A stretch of DNA of 64,000 nucleotides from Enoplolaimus lenunculus. Its lineage: Eukaryota. The notes below the pieces were generated by a model that was not told where the DNA came from, did no database searches, and was given only the letters and a program-made list of their open reading frames with translations. Positions 1 to 12,595 of the stretch are shown here, in pieces. The position numbers were made by a program, and so were the translations under genes. The stretch covers positions 186,001 to 250,000 of the forward strand of contig JASANG010003984.1 in the NCBI GenBank assembly GCA_030248215.1, read 5' to 3'. Every line of letters begins with the position of its first letter. The stretch's first letter is position 1.

Positions 1-667
1 TCCGAAATTTCATCGACTCGACAATTAATTACCCATCATTATACTTAGGGCTTAGGCTTTTAGGATAACGCGTAGGATTATGATCAGATTTATTCAATGG
101 CTTCAGGACACTGTAGAGCGACAAGTTGTCGGCGGACGAATTGTCGTAGATTCGTTTTATACAGCATGACTCTCGCGTATTGATCAACTGGTAATTTCGT
201 CCAGTCACAGTTGCAGTATACACAACTGACATTGAAATGTGTTCAATCAACCCTGGCTACGTTGAAAAAACCTCAAAAATAAATAAATTTTGCTGTTATA
301 CGGGTAATAAACGCAATGAATTTATCTTTATTTTTCGTTAAATTAAAAGGCATAGCGCCGTAAAAACGATGCTAAAACCACTGTCATCAATACACCTATC
401 AATGTGCATTTCTACCGATGTTTGTGCGGTATCATTACAATTTGAAATTGAGCCAGAATAGCAGTTTGACCTACGACATATCTATTTTCTGTACTGAACA
501 TCTACTTTATCCCCGTTGTCACCGGCGTTGTTTTAAAATATCATGAATATTACAGTTGTCACCGGGGCTTCCTCAAATAACAACTGTAATGTTCAGGATA
601 TTTTAAACTCTTATTAATGAAACAAAAAACTGTACTTTCAACCAATAATATTATAAGAAAAAAGTAG

Positions 668-815
668 TTGTACGAAATTTTGCCCAAACAACCAATCAGA
701 TTTTAGTTTGCAAAGAAGTTGCACGAATTTTTTGTCCAAATCACCAATCAGATTTTAGAATGCAAAGAAGTAGTACAAATCTTTTGTCCAAACCACCAAT
801 CAGATTTTAGCTTGC
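668..815. repeat. ~52-bp tandem repeat x3 with core ACCAATCAGATTTTAG
   Basis: The core motif recurs three times at regular spacing. Confidence 0.8.
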
Positions 816-1002
816 TTTGAAATAAATTTGTTCCAGGTGTTCGAACAACTATTGGAGTTTGGAATGAAATCTACTCCACGTCAAAAAATTAACCTGGAAA
901 AACTTCAAAATATTTCAAAAGTTTTTAAAAATTTCACTACCGAAACTCATTATTTGGCTCCTGGGTGCAATCATCTACAAATAACAAACTATAAATTTGT
1001 TT

Positions 1003-1224
1003 GCACGCGAAGTTTGAAAATTTAAATTTTCACGCGAAATTTGAAAATTTAAATTTTGGTGCGAAATTTGAAAATTTAAGTATTCACTTGAAAATTTAAA
1101 TTATCATGCGAAATTTGAAATTTTAACTTTTGACGCAAAATTTGAAAATTGAAAATTTAAATTTTTACTTGAAAAACCCACCCTTTTTAACTAGTCCCTC
1201 ACCCACCCACCCACCCCCTCACCC

Positions 1225-1287
<63 letters not shown>

Positions 1288-1474
1288 ACCCAACCCCCCG
1301 CCCCCACCCCCCCCCCCCCACCCACTCCACCCCACCACCACACCCCCCCACCCCCCCCCCACCCCCCAACCACAACAATACCAACCACCCACCACAACCA
1401 ATCAACCCCACCCCCCCCCCAAAACCACCCACCCCCCCCCCCCCCCCCCCCACCCCCAAACCCCCCAAAACAAA

Positions 1475-1544
<70 letters not shown>

Positions 1545-1590
1545 ACCATTTAAATTTTCACGCCAAATTTGAAAATTTAAACTTTCACGT
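1003..1590. repeat. ~27-bp AT-rich minisatellite (CACGCGAAATTTGAAAATTTAAATTTT) interrupted by a poly-C/poly-A tract at ~1195-1545
   Basis: The units are visible on both sides of the homopolymer block. Confidence 0.8.
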
Positions 1591-2130
1591 GACTTTAAAA
1601 TTAACAACACAGATAAGTAGAGAATTACAGAAGCAGTAAGTATTTGGAAATCCGTGTAATCCTGTATATGAAGGCGAATTGTGCGTCATGTGACATTTCG
1701 AAAAGTGCCAAAACCAAAACAAACCTAAATTTCATTATTTTAACTAATCCTGACCAGGGTAATCTACAAACATTTGTTACAATCATTTTTCTCATGTTCA
1801 CTTTCATCCACATTTACGTTCAAGATTTGGAAGCCTAAACCTTTTGCCTAAGCCTAAGCCTTAAACTTAAATGTGAGGGAAAAGTGTACAAATGTCGGTG
1901 GTATTTTAAGTAATTTTACAAAAAACCATATATTCTTCAACTGGTGAAAAATGCTACACAAATACTAACCTATCGGTTGTACTAAAAATAGATATTGTCC
2001 AATTTGTACAAGAGTATGCAACTGGGCACATTCTGTGTAGAAAAAAGAACGCAATCAGTAAGGATTGTGTTTTTTTGCTGAATCCCAGCCTGTTGTAAAG
2101 GGATAGTGCAGTCGTAATTAAACCAAAACA

Positions 2131-2927
2131 ACGTTACGGCTAAGAAAAAATTCGTTATATATTCTGATGACAACTAACATCTTTCAATTATAGCCAATGC
2201 CGGAGCAGACAGGGATGGGGGCACTTCCTCAACTCCAACGTAGGGGCCCCGAACTCGCGATCGAGAAGCCAGACGCACGTTACGGCTAAGAAAAAATTCG
2301 TTATATATTCTGATGACAACTAACATCTTTCAATTATAGCCAATGCCGGAGCAGACAGGGATGGGGGCACTTCCTCAACTCCAACGTAGGGGCCCCGAAC
2401 TCGCGATCGAGAAGCCAGACGCACGTTACGGCTAAGAAAAAATTCGTTATATATTCTGATGACAACTAACATCTTTCAATTATAGCCAATGCCGGAGCAG
2501 ACAGGGATGGGGGCACTTCCTCAACTCCAACGTAGGGGCCCCGAACTCGCGATCGAGAAGCCAGACGCACGTTACGGCTAAGAAAAAATTCGTTATATAT
2601 TCTGATGACAACTAACATCTTTCAATTATAGCCAATGCCGGAGCAGACAGGGATGGGGGCACTTCCTCAACTCCAACGTAGGGGCCCCGAACCGCGACGA
2701 GAAGCAGACGCACGACGGCAAGAAAAAACCCCATCTGCCCCCGGACCCCGCCCCGAACTCGCGATCGAGAAGCCAGACGCACGTTACGGCTAAGAAAAAA
2801 TTCGTTATATATTCTGATGACAACTAACATCTTTCAATTATAGCCAATGCCGGAGCAGACAGGGATGGGGGCACTTCCTCAACTCCAACGTAGGGGCCCC
2901 GAACTCGCGATCGAGAAGCCAGACGCA
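2131..2927. repeat. 146-bp tandem repeat (5 near-identical units plus one corrupted unit)
   Basis: Units start at 2131, 2277, 2423, 2569 and 2781. Each unit is flanking DNA plus the left end of a family-2 MITE. Confidence 0.95.
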
Positions 2928-5900
2928 TTTTAAAACATCGACGGTTTTTGTTTCAACCGGTATGGGAGGTGGCTGCTGCGGCCCTGATTATAGCTCACAC
3001 CTGTTACTAGCGGCATAAAATCATGATAACTTCGGAGATGGGGCAAAAATACAATACAGATCCGGTACATTTTGTGATATGCAAATCACGTATATATACT
3101 GCATGCTCTTATCAAGCCCGCAGTCAGCTCACCTTGTTAGGGGGGGCTGAAAGTTTTTCAGGAGGGGCATACAAGGGTTTCCGTTAACTGGCAAACTAGG
3201 TTGCAAATTTTCCAGGGTGAGTCAAAATTCTTCCTGAGGGCCGAGCGCCCTGGCCCCCCTTGACTACGTGCCCGACTCTTATTTAATACGGACATCATCC
3301 ACTGTTGGTTCCACCTATCATTCACAGTTGTGTTCATACGCTAATTCTATTTCTAAATAGTTGCTCTGAAAGCCTTCAGTCTGGTTAAGGGTAACAATTG
3401 TTGTAGGCAAAGACAACACAAAGATACACCAGACTTTAAGAATCAAACCAGAAAACCCAATTTGTAAGGTCCTCCCAACCAAAGCGCTAGACATTTCACA
3501 CCCGAGCAATTTGGTATACCATCTTTGGACCGTCAAGGCCACATAGCTAGTCTTATATATCGGCGCAGTTTTTTTAAAGTTTTACGCGCCAAAACGAGAA
3601 TATGCGCCAAGGCAGGAACTGAGCTGCGCCGAGAGGGCGCCTCCACCAATTCCAGATATCATCGCGCCCCCTGGTCGATATTTTTTAACAACATTGAAAC
3701 AATTCTATGTCCGAAAAATTTTCGTTGCTTCAAAAAAATCTTATTACCTATTTGACCAACACTATTATTCGTTATCATAAGGCTCACATTCGCGTCAGGA
3801 GGCACCGGCGAATGATAGAATATAGAAGGATATCTGGTTTGGTAAATTTTCTAAAAAAACGACCAAAAAACACCGGTTTCCAGGTTAATACAGAATGACC
3901 AAAAAATTGGCCACATGTCGCAACAAATTTTCTCGCTCGCTACACGCTCATTCGCTAAAATTGTTTTACATTGACAATACCGTTGCGAAATAAAATTCCG
4001 ATTATGCCCCCCTGATGCGGGCGGCACGTCTTAGGTCTTGTCACAAATACGCTTGTTTGATTATTCATGTAATCTATTGCTTTTTGCTCCCAAGGGACTA
4101 TTTAGGAGCGGCCAATGTTGTAGCCAAATGTGTGTAATACAATCCACACGTCACTGTTTGAAAAGTGACGGTGGTCTGACGCAAGGACGCTGCGAAACAA
4201 CTGACTTGGGAACGTGAGTCGCCCAACAGTGTCCTAAAACCTATTAATAAATCAAAGCATAATCCAAAGCGTAATCCTGAAAACCTATACGCATAATGAT
4301 CGGTGACGAATTGTCGAGTCGATGAAATTTCGGATTACAAGTTGTCGGGCGGCGAATTGTCGCAAAATAATGTCTTGTTTAAAAGCTGTTCATTCGGGCT
4401 GGATTTCAGGCTAAACAACTGTTGTTAACACAGCGATTGTTTTAAATTTCACTTAATTTTAAAATTCATTTTATTTTGTCAAAAAATTAATCTTTTACCT
4501 TCGAGATCACACAGGGATTCGTATCTCTGACAACTGTTTCATTCGAACTAATCAAACTCTACTATACCACAGAGTCTCGTATTCGCAAACACTAAACTAT
4601 GGCTTATCAACATACGTATAACGCAGGCCCGTAGCCAGCTCACCTTGCTTGGGGGGGGCTAGAAACATTTCAGGAGGGCATTTAAAAGTTTTCAACGACT
4701 TACAAGCAAGGATGAAAATTTTCTAGGGGGGCAATATTTTCCAGGGAGGTGAGCCCCCCTGGCCCCCATGGTTACCGGCCCGGTATAGCATTACATTGAG
4801 ACCATGAAGTTAACGTAGCGTTGTCTGTCGAAACATTTCAAAAATTACTAACAAGTCCTCTTCTTGAGTGAAATTAAAATTTAATATCAACTTTACTTTC
4901 AGTTAAAATTGCTGAATTTGAATTAATATTCAAGTTTCCATTCAAAGTCAAACCAACTGCAGCTTACTCTCTAAAAACTTAAACTTAAATTATAGCTTAA
5001 CTAAACTTGAATATTAGTTTAAGTAGAACTTAAATGGCTGGACGGACTAACTAAACTAAAATTTTATGTTTTACTTAAACTAACGTGTTTTAAGTTTAAC
5101 ACGAGTTTAAGTAAACTTATTTTTAGTTTAAGTAAGAAGTGCAGCCGGTGTATCTAAGAGTTCATTAAGTTTAGCTTAAACTGAAAATAAGTAAGATTTT
5201 AAATGAGTTTAAGCATAAGCCTACCAGTTAGTTTTGTTAATTTAGAAAGTTAGTTTAATACCGGTGGATTAGCTTAAGCTTAAATCAAGTTAAACCTATT
5301 AGAGAGTACTGATTGTGACGTTCTACGTTCAAAAAGGGGGGGGGGCAAATTTCTGCACCCAGAAATCTATTTTTGTTTCTGTATGGTGGAATACTGCCTT
5401 ATTTCAACTTTGTGGACTGCCAGGTTGGAATACGCCATTACACTGATGGATCCAGAGGGGACACCAAAACTTGGGCCCCACACCCTATTAATATGAATCA
5501 AAATCAAAATTTTATATTAAATTGTTATCTATAACTGATATTTCTATAGAATATTATTAATTATAAAATAAACAAAGTCTTTAATCTGCAAATTGCAGTT
5601 GCAAAAACTTGCACGTGTGAGTAGGGCTTAACTGAATACGTCCGGCAGTCAGTCTCATGAACTAATCTGCACATTTCAAACTATTCGCAGTATTTGCATC
5701 TCAGGCCAGGGGCGCATCCAGAAATAGCCACAGGGGGGCACGCTACCTTCCTATGATTTTGATAAATTTATTTCTGTCAACAACTGACTGTTGTGATAAA
5801 TATATTTAAAAACAAAATTTGTATATTTTAGTATCGGCTCGGACATATTACCAAACCCGAATTCTGACTATACCCATATTTTAGGCAGACCCGTAGCCAG

Positions 5901-6352
5901 AACACCTTGCTAGGAGTGGCTAAAAAATTTTCAGGAGGGGCATTCAAGGGATTTTAATCAGTTATAAGAAGGGTTGAAAATTTTCCAGGGGAAGGACAAA
6001 ATTTTTCCAGGTATACTGAGCCTCCTGCCCCCTTTGGTTACGGGCCTAATACTAGGCTGGCTTACAAACACATCATTCAACCCCTGTGGCTAAAACAACC
6101 TCTAAACTCGCCTTAGATTTCTCACTGGGTACTGTTTAGCTCAAAATTCACACAGTACACAGGCAAGGATGTGCCAATGAAATCTGATATCTTAACTACC
6201 GAACATTAACTTCTTCACAAATATGTACCTCACACAATTAGGAGGTATAGGGTAAGTTTTGGGGGTTAATTTTTGGAAGCAAAAACAACTTTCAGTTCGT
6301 GGAACCTTTAGCCATTTGGCTTCATAATGGCATACATCGTGGTAGACTTGGT

Positions 6353-6515
6353 ATACGTGTACAGAAGATGAGATTCCGTTACGAGAAGAATAAAAATTAT
6401 TAAAAAGACAACGTTTTAATTTAAAAAAATTAACTTAATTTTCTTTTAAAATTAAAACGTTCACTTTTTAATAATTTTTACTCCTCTCGTAGACTCTCAT
6501 CATCTTTACATACGT
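6353..6515. repeat. ~160-bp near-perfect fold-back palindrome
   Basis: The left arm ACGTGTACAGAAGATGAG...AAAAATTATTAAAAAG...AACGTTTTAATTT pairs with the right arm AAATTAAAACGTT...CTTTTTAATAATTTTT...CTCATCATCTTTACATACGT. Confidence 0.75.
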
Positions 6516-6566
6516 GGTCCGTGACCATCCGTGCCAATCCAAATTTTTTTGACACAAAGGACATTG

Positions 6567-7065
6567 GCTGGGTTTCTGAAGCCATATACTTAAGCATGAC
6601 TTAGTATTTAAGTATATGCTAAGCAATTACTTGACGATTTTGTCGTATTTAAAAGCTGTGTTAATTGCTAAAGTCACTGACTAAATTTGATATATTACAG
6701 AGTGATAGTTCGGCCATGCAGTGGCGGATCCAGGATCTCAAAATGGGGGGCCAAAATTTCACAGGTAATAAACTTATTTTTGACCCATACTGTAGTGACC
6801 GAAATAAAAGGGGGTCTCCATTTTGAGTCCCAATATAATTTTTGTCGAGATGCTGTTGGGGGGGCCCACGGCCGGGGTGCCCCCCCGTGGATCCGCCATT
6901 GCGGCCATGATAGCCCTGGTGTAATTAAAATTGTTAACTCGTGTTATACATCCTTAATATAAAGCCAAACTATGATCGTTTCTCACATCCGGCGTTTATT
7001 TGTATTTGCTCAAAAAGTTAAGTATTTACTTAAGTCGGTAACATAAAGATTTTGGAAACCCAGCC
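6567..7065. mobile_element. MITE with TIR GGCTGGGTTTC and TACTTAAGT-rich arms, interrupted by a family-3 MITE
   Basis: Reads att|GGCTGGGTTTC ... GAAACCCAGCC|att (3-bp TSD). A second copy lies at ~19108-19475. Confidence 0.7.
6719..6901 (+). mobile_element. hAT-type MITE family 3 (TIR CAGTGGCGGATCCA)
   Basis: Perfect TSD CGGCCATG. Related copies at 14410-14648, ~32615-32805, ~33905-34260 and ~46913-47300. Confidence 0.85.
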
Positions 7066-7507
7066 ATTGTCGATTTCAATCAAAGATCTGCCAATTTTAA
7101 TTTTACGACGCAAAAAATTTAGTCGTTTTTCTGTGCCGGTCGACCAATAATTGAAATGTTGAGTTCCGCCACAGCGCTGCATTCATTGAAACTACCAGAA
7201 CGTGAGTACAGTTAAGCTTGTATTCCCAACCAGTATCCAGGCCCGTTGCCAGCTCACCTTGCTTGGGGGGGCTAAAACTTTTTCAGGAGGGGCATACACG
7301 GCTTTCGATTAACTTATAAGCAAGGTTGAAAATTTTCTCGGGACGGGGTGGGATAAAAATTTTTCCCCGGGGGCTGAGCCCACCCCCAAGCCCCCCAGTG
7401 CCATGTGCTACCCCTGTACCCATAGTTAAAATTTAACAACCATACCATCTGTGGATTCAAATTTTAATAAAATAAAGTTTAATTTCAAAATTTTAAAATA
7501 CGCTTAC

Positions 7508-7586
7508 CGTTTGTTTGTCCATATTCATCTTCTTCTGATCCGTTTTCGATATCGTACGCTTGCACTGCGTCGCCATTTGATTGTGT
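7508..7586 (-). CDS. MPDZ: Exon TQSNGDAVQAYDIENGSEEDEYGQTN, just before PDZ8
   Basis: Acceptor gtgtttcag|ACA and donor G|gtaagc. 79 nt, phase 0 to 1. EEDEYG resembles the EDEFGY motif preceding MPDZ PDZ8. I could not recognise the PDZ8 exon in 1-7507, so the gene probably continues beyond the window. Confidence 0.8.
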
Positions 7587-8969
7587 CTGAAACACCAAAA
7601 GTCACAAATAAGCAACAGTTGATCACATATCAAATACAATAACACTCGCTTTGCCTTCCTTCGGTGGTACGGTTATCTGCGGAGGGTGTATTCGTAATTG
7701 TACTACTCGGCAATGCAAACGTGTAGTCAAGGGCGGTTCAGACGTCAAACTTCACTTTTGGGATTATTATTTAGTATTTTTAAATACTAAGCTAGTAACA
7801 CAAGACATCATCATCATTTCGAAACTTTGATAGAACGTAATCGATTCTGTCTCCCTCTTATTGAAATCCGGGAATGCGTAATAATTTAAAAATTGATACG
7901 GTTAAAACAGTATCACGACAATTCGTTACTCGACAACTCGTCGCTCGACTACTTGCAATCCGAAACTTTGTCACCGATCACTATGCTCAGGCATAGGCTT
8001 AGGATCACACCGTAAGATTATGCTTTGATCTATTCTCATAAGCTTTAGGACACTGTCCGGCGACGAATTGTCGTAGATTCAGCTGAAACGCTAGGAAAAG
8101 TTTATTTCAAACTTTATAACGATCCATGCGCCTGTTTAAGAACCATTAATACTAAAGATCTATTCAAAATATATGCAATAACAATTAGTCATGTAACCTA
8201 CGATAATTTTAGCATGGGGTGTGCAAGCGAAGTCCAGGTGAAAAAATTTTACATAAGTTGCAGCTACAAATCGTCCATTTTTTAAGATATATTAAGAAAT
8301 TAAAAATAGGGCCTCAGAAGACTGGCACTATACTTTTAATGCCGGTCGGCACCGTCTGGCATTGTCCGGCGCCGTCGCGTCCGGTGCCGTCCGGTGTCGC
8401 CTCGACTGGTGCCGTCCAGCGCCGTCGCGTTCGGTGCCGTTCCGCGCGGTATCACAACGCACGTGTACGCGACGGCGCCGGCCGGTGACAGACGGCGCCG
8501 TCGCGTCCGGTGCCGTTCGTCGCCGTACCACAACGAACATCCGCAACGCACTGCATATTAATTTGTAAACAAAACTTTGTTGACCTACGACGCCGCCCGA
8601 CGCCACACGTCAAGTATATCGTCACCCCTTAGACTTGTAAAAAATGCGGATCTTTCCTACGTGTCCATCTGAAGAGCGTTGAATGATCCGCTTCTTACCA
8701 TGACTAAATCAGCACTTGATACATTGTAACTGGCATCAGACAGTGACAAATTTGCCGGCCGTGGATTGTGAACTTGGCTGGCAAAATTGGTCAGTAAAAT
8801 CGATCATAATGCGCATTATTTTAAACAACTCAGATTATTTAAACTGTTTTTTATGGCCGAATTAAAACATTTAAAAGTTAAAAAAGTATCAAAATTAACA
8901 AAACGAAAAGACTAGCACTTGGCTACAACCCTGTACATGGACACTGTATTACTTGTATACGATTTGTAT

Positions 8970-9412
8970 TTACTGTAGTGACCCGAATAAGAGGAGGGGA
9001 CTGATATTTTTTTGGACTCTCCACAGGGTACCCCCTGTTATTCGGTTACGGACTGTTATTTATTTTCAACCCACCCTCCCGTCAGCCTTCGTTACTGATA
9101 TATCGCCGGTATTGCAACTATCCGTTGAATTGAACGTTTGTTTGTCTTATGTCAATAGACTTGAGCGATAATGCAAATTTATACTGAGGAATGTACTTTC
9201 AAAATTTAAGTACACTTTAAAGTTTGGAACTCTGCTGTATTTGGTCTTGGAGTTATTTATGCATTACAATTAATTGACATATATGGACTCTGATCAGGGT
9301 TTAGGGACTCATCCGCTTACGGATTCTTATTAGGGATACGGACTCCTATTGATTGGGACTCAAAATGACGACCCCCATTTTATTACCCCCTCTTATTCGG
9401 GTCACAACAGTA
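8970..9412. mobile_element. TA-flanked MITE (TIR CTGTAGTGACCCGAATAAGAGG), Tc1/mariner-like
   Basis: The termini are inverted repeats. Related copies at ~11220-11523 and ~34687-34995. Confidence 0.7.
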
Positions 9413-9446
9413 GCTGCTCAAATGTACTCTATGAGAGAAAAGGTAA

Positions 9447-9590
9447 GGGTGGTGCTATACTTATCGTGCAGCGCAGTCCGGCGCCGTTCGTCACCGTGCG
9501 GTATCATACGTGAATTACTCATGTACGATACCGTATGGTGTGGTGACGGACAGCGACGGACGCCGCTGTACGGAAAGCATAGCGTGTCCC
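9447..9590. mobile_element. PIF/Harbinger-like MITE (TIR GGGTGGCGCTATACTT) with a CpG-rich interior
   Basis: Reads TAA|GGGTGGTGCTATAC ... GCATAGCGTGTCCC|TAA. Relatives at ~8320-8630, ~42021-42617 and ~61975-62271. Confidence 0.7.
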
Positions 9591-10747
9591 TAAATAAATA
9601 AACCATTGTTTGCAGGATGTGGGACGTGGTCAAGCACGAAGGGTGTATACAAGAAGGGATTATGTATACCCGCAAGTAAAGAATTTCAAAGCACGGGTAA
9701 AAATTTGTGATTCTATACCCGCCTAAAACATTCACATAAAAGAAACTTGGAACCAGATATGGTAGAAAAACTTGAATTATTTTTAAACACTTTTTATCGT
9801 ATGAGTGAAAAATAACTATCGAGTAACATCAATGCACTGTAAAATTATACACAATTGATTTGAACGCAGAAGAAAAAATAAGTACTGGTCAACGCGGGTA
9901 ACGGTATAGGAATTTTGTGCGTGTAATGACAGGTAACGGGTAAAGAAATTTAAAGCGGGTATACCCACGGGTAAAAAAGTAAAATTTCCGAGGGTAAAGG
10001 CACAGAGACGGTAAAAATCTTTACCCATTTACACCTCTGTCACGGCATCTTTCGTTCCCTCTTGCCGTACCCTCTGGTTACGCATCATTTTATATCTCAA
10101 CTTAAAACAGTTTGAAATCAAATTCAAACAATTTTACGTATCACAGACGCAAAAATGTAGCAAAATTTACAGAATTAACAGTATAAAACTTAATAGAAGT
10201 GAAACAAGTATAGGATACCAAAACATATACTTAGAACTACGTTCTCTGTGAAACATTCAACTTTTAGTCTAAATTTTACTAATTTAGAAAACTGTCTGAA
10301 AATTAGTAGAAAAAAATAGTTTAGACGCAGACAAAACTAATGATCGCGCAGCAGACAAATTAATGAACATTTGATGGTAGTTTTATTGGTATTTTATATT
10401 TTTCAAATTTTAAAATTTGAATTTGTAATTTTTTTAGGTAAAATTGATTCGGATCTATTCCATGCCGGTGGAAAAAAGTCTTTCTTGGGCACCGGCAGAT
10501 ATGAGCAACGGGGGTTACACAACTGTACACCTCTGGCCACTTCAAGTGTTTTTTGAGAAATTTGCAGCAACAGAAATTTATCAAAAAATATTTTCGATGA
10601 AAAATTTTTCCGAACAAGAGCAAAAAGCAAGAAAATCAAATTTTTGCAGGCCCAACCAGGTCAAAATTACAATTCCAAAGACAAAAATGCCTCTATATTT
10701 CAGTTATCTCTGTTAGAATTTCTCCGAGTATGTAAAGCGATTCTTAC

Positions 10748-10975
10748 CTGTTCAATTTGCGTTTCACTGGACGACGCTGCGACGTTGGACGATTTGTCAG
10801 GACTTGATACAAGCGAGCCAGACGGCGTCAATTTGGGCTTTGGTTTCAACGGTGGAGGATTAGGTTTTTGACCCTGAGGTGAACCAGTTGGTGACGAGGG
10901 CGCGGCAGCCGTTGCTGTAACGGTAGTTGTAGTTTCGGTTGTGCCAGATATCGTGGAAGTGCTTCGTGTTTGAAA
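10748..10975 (-). CDS. MPDZ: Linker exon after PDZ7 (FQTRSTSTISG...PPPLKPKPK...ETQIEQ)
   Basis: Acceptor tttttag|TTT and donor CAG|gtaaga. 228 nt, phase 0 to 0, open frame. Confidence 0.85.
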
Positions 10976-11528
10976 CTAAAAATAATAACCTTTTTTCACA
11001 TGAATATTTTTTCATTCTCAATGATACAATTTATAATTTCTGAACTCTACTTAAGTACGACTTCATACGTACGTATGTGCGAAAGTACTTACTTAGCCAA
11101 TGTACCGTTTCTAAAGACGTGTTTAAGTTAAGTAAATACTTAAGTCACTGACCAAATTTGATGTGTTGCAGACAAACAGATCAGACATATTTACTTATCT
11201 CTCTAAGTGAAATTGTACATCCATTGTGCCTATTGCATCTCTATCTGTTGAATTAAACGTTTATTTGTTTTGTATCAAAAGCTTAACCGATAATGCAAGG
11301 TTATACTTAGGAATGTACTTTCCAAACTTAAGTACGCCATTAAAGTGTCGAACTCAAATCATTTATGCACTAGAATTAATGATAATTGACATTTATGGTC
11401 TCTAATTAGGGTTTAGGGACTCTATCCGCTTACGGACTCTTAGAAGAGATACGAACTCAAATTGACTGGGACTCAAAAGGGGGACCCCTCACATTACCTC
11501 CTCTTATTCGGGTCACTACAGTACTTAC

Positions 11529-11636
11529 TTGAGCATATTGTAAACTTTGTACAACAAATTGAATCGGACTACTGGCTCCACGGATCACATCAACTGCGTG
11601 TTCATGACTCGCTTGTTTTAAATCAATTCCATTGAC
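11529..11636 (-). CDS. MPDZ: PDZ7 end exon (VNGIDLKQASHEHAVDVIRGASSPIQFVVQSLQYAQ)
   Basis: Acceptor ttatttttag|GTC and donor CAA|gtaagt. 108 nt, phase 0 to 0. Encodes the PDZ alphaB helix SHEHAVDVIR. Confidence 0.93.
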
Positions 11637-12193
11637 CTAAAAATAAAAAAACAACGTGCAAACTTGATGGTAAAAACTTTGATCGATTTAATGCCCAGGG
11701 TCGTAAATTCGTGGGGAGAATATGCAAATATGTATACACTTCGTAAAATATTGATCGGCCGACAAAAAACGCCTGCTATAATGAATTAATGAATTTGTCG
11801 GCGTTTTAAAAAAACTCCGTTTTCTAAATTGGAAATTGTTTTACGAAATAAAAACTGCGAAACTTTAAAAAATTTCAATTTTTTTCCCAAAATCGAAAAC
11901 TTTATTTTGAACTTGAAGTTACAAACAAAATATTGTTAATTTAACTGGTTAGCAACAAATGTCGAAACCTGTCCGCATGAATACTGAAATAATTGGCAAG
12001 TTCAAACGAACAATCGATAGGCAACAATCAATTTCAATCGGGCCACTTCATACTAATGCTGAATTTTAGCGAAAAACTATAAAATGGCGAAAATTTTTTT
12101 AAGACTCGGTATCAACATAGGTTAGAGCTCCAAAAAGGAGGTACATTTTTTTACATCCACGTAAACATTATAACGTTGATGACCCAGTATTAA

Positions 12194-12455
12194 CCCCTTC
12201 TCACATTGAGTTGCCCATAGGCAACTCAGCGCAGTGTATGTAAGTTAAATAATGTATATCGCACAGTGTTTAACAATTTCAACACGTATACATAGTACTA
12301 AATCACCACAAGACGTGAGAGCCCCCTCGGGCATGAGCGTCAAGCTCCTATAGCTGAGTTGTGATGGTATACGCCTCCCACTCCAGTCACTGGAGTTCGA
12401 ATCCTAGCATAAAAGTAGGTCTCAGGGAAATAGAAAATATTCATGTGAGAAAGGG
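12194..12455 (+). mobile_element. piggyBac-type MITE (262 bp) with an internal tRNA-like segment, copy 1
   Basis: Reads TTAA|CCCCTTCTCACAT ... ATGTGAGAAAGGG|TTAA. A TTAA TSD and CCC/GGG ends are piggyBac hallmarks. Confidence 0.88.
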
Positions 12456-12461
12456 TTAAAT

Positions 12462-12595
12462 ATGCCTTTTTGAGAAGAAAGTACACTGCCGCTACGCGTG
12501 TATATTCCAACTTTACTCTGAAACGTTAATGCCTTTTTGAGAAGAAAGTACACTGCCGCTACGCGTGTATATTCCAACTTTACTCTGAAACGTTA
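12462..12595. repeat. 67-bp perfect tandem duplication
   Basis: ATGCCTTTTTGAGAAG...CTGAAACGTTA occurs at 12462 and 12529, directly right of the piggyBac MITE. Confidence 0.9.

Noticed and set aside
1130..1639. Poly-Pro/poly-Lys and poly-Gly/poly-Phe ORFs and an apparent G-quadruplex tract
   Set aside because: This is a homopolymer C/A block, almost devoid of T and G, embedded in a 27-bp minisatellite. It is most likely a low-quality consensus artefact, and no splice context supports coding.
2690..2755. Divergent unit within the 146-bp array
   Set aside because: Selective loss of T bases with C runs looks like base-calling or assembly error rather than a real variant.
2131..2927. CTGATGA in each repeat unit suggesting tandem hammerhead ribozymes
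   Set aside because: No stem II followed by GAAA and no closing stems were found. The same applies to the CTGATGA near 34642.
3318..6195. Phase-compatible candidate exons (~6126-6195 and ~3321-3487) as a continuation toward PDZ8
   Set aside because: The translations lack the PDZ8 signature (GLSLAGN...), and the second runs into a stop.
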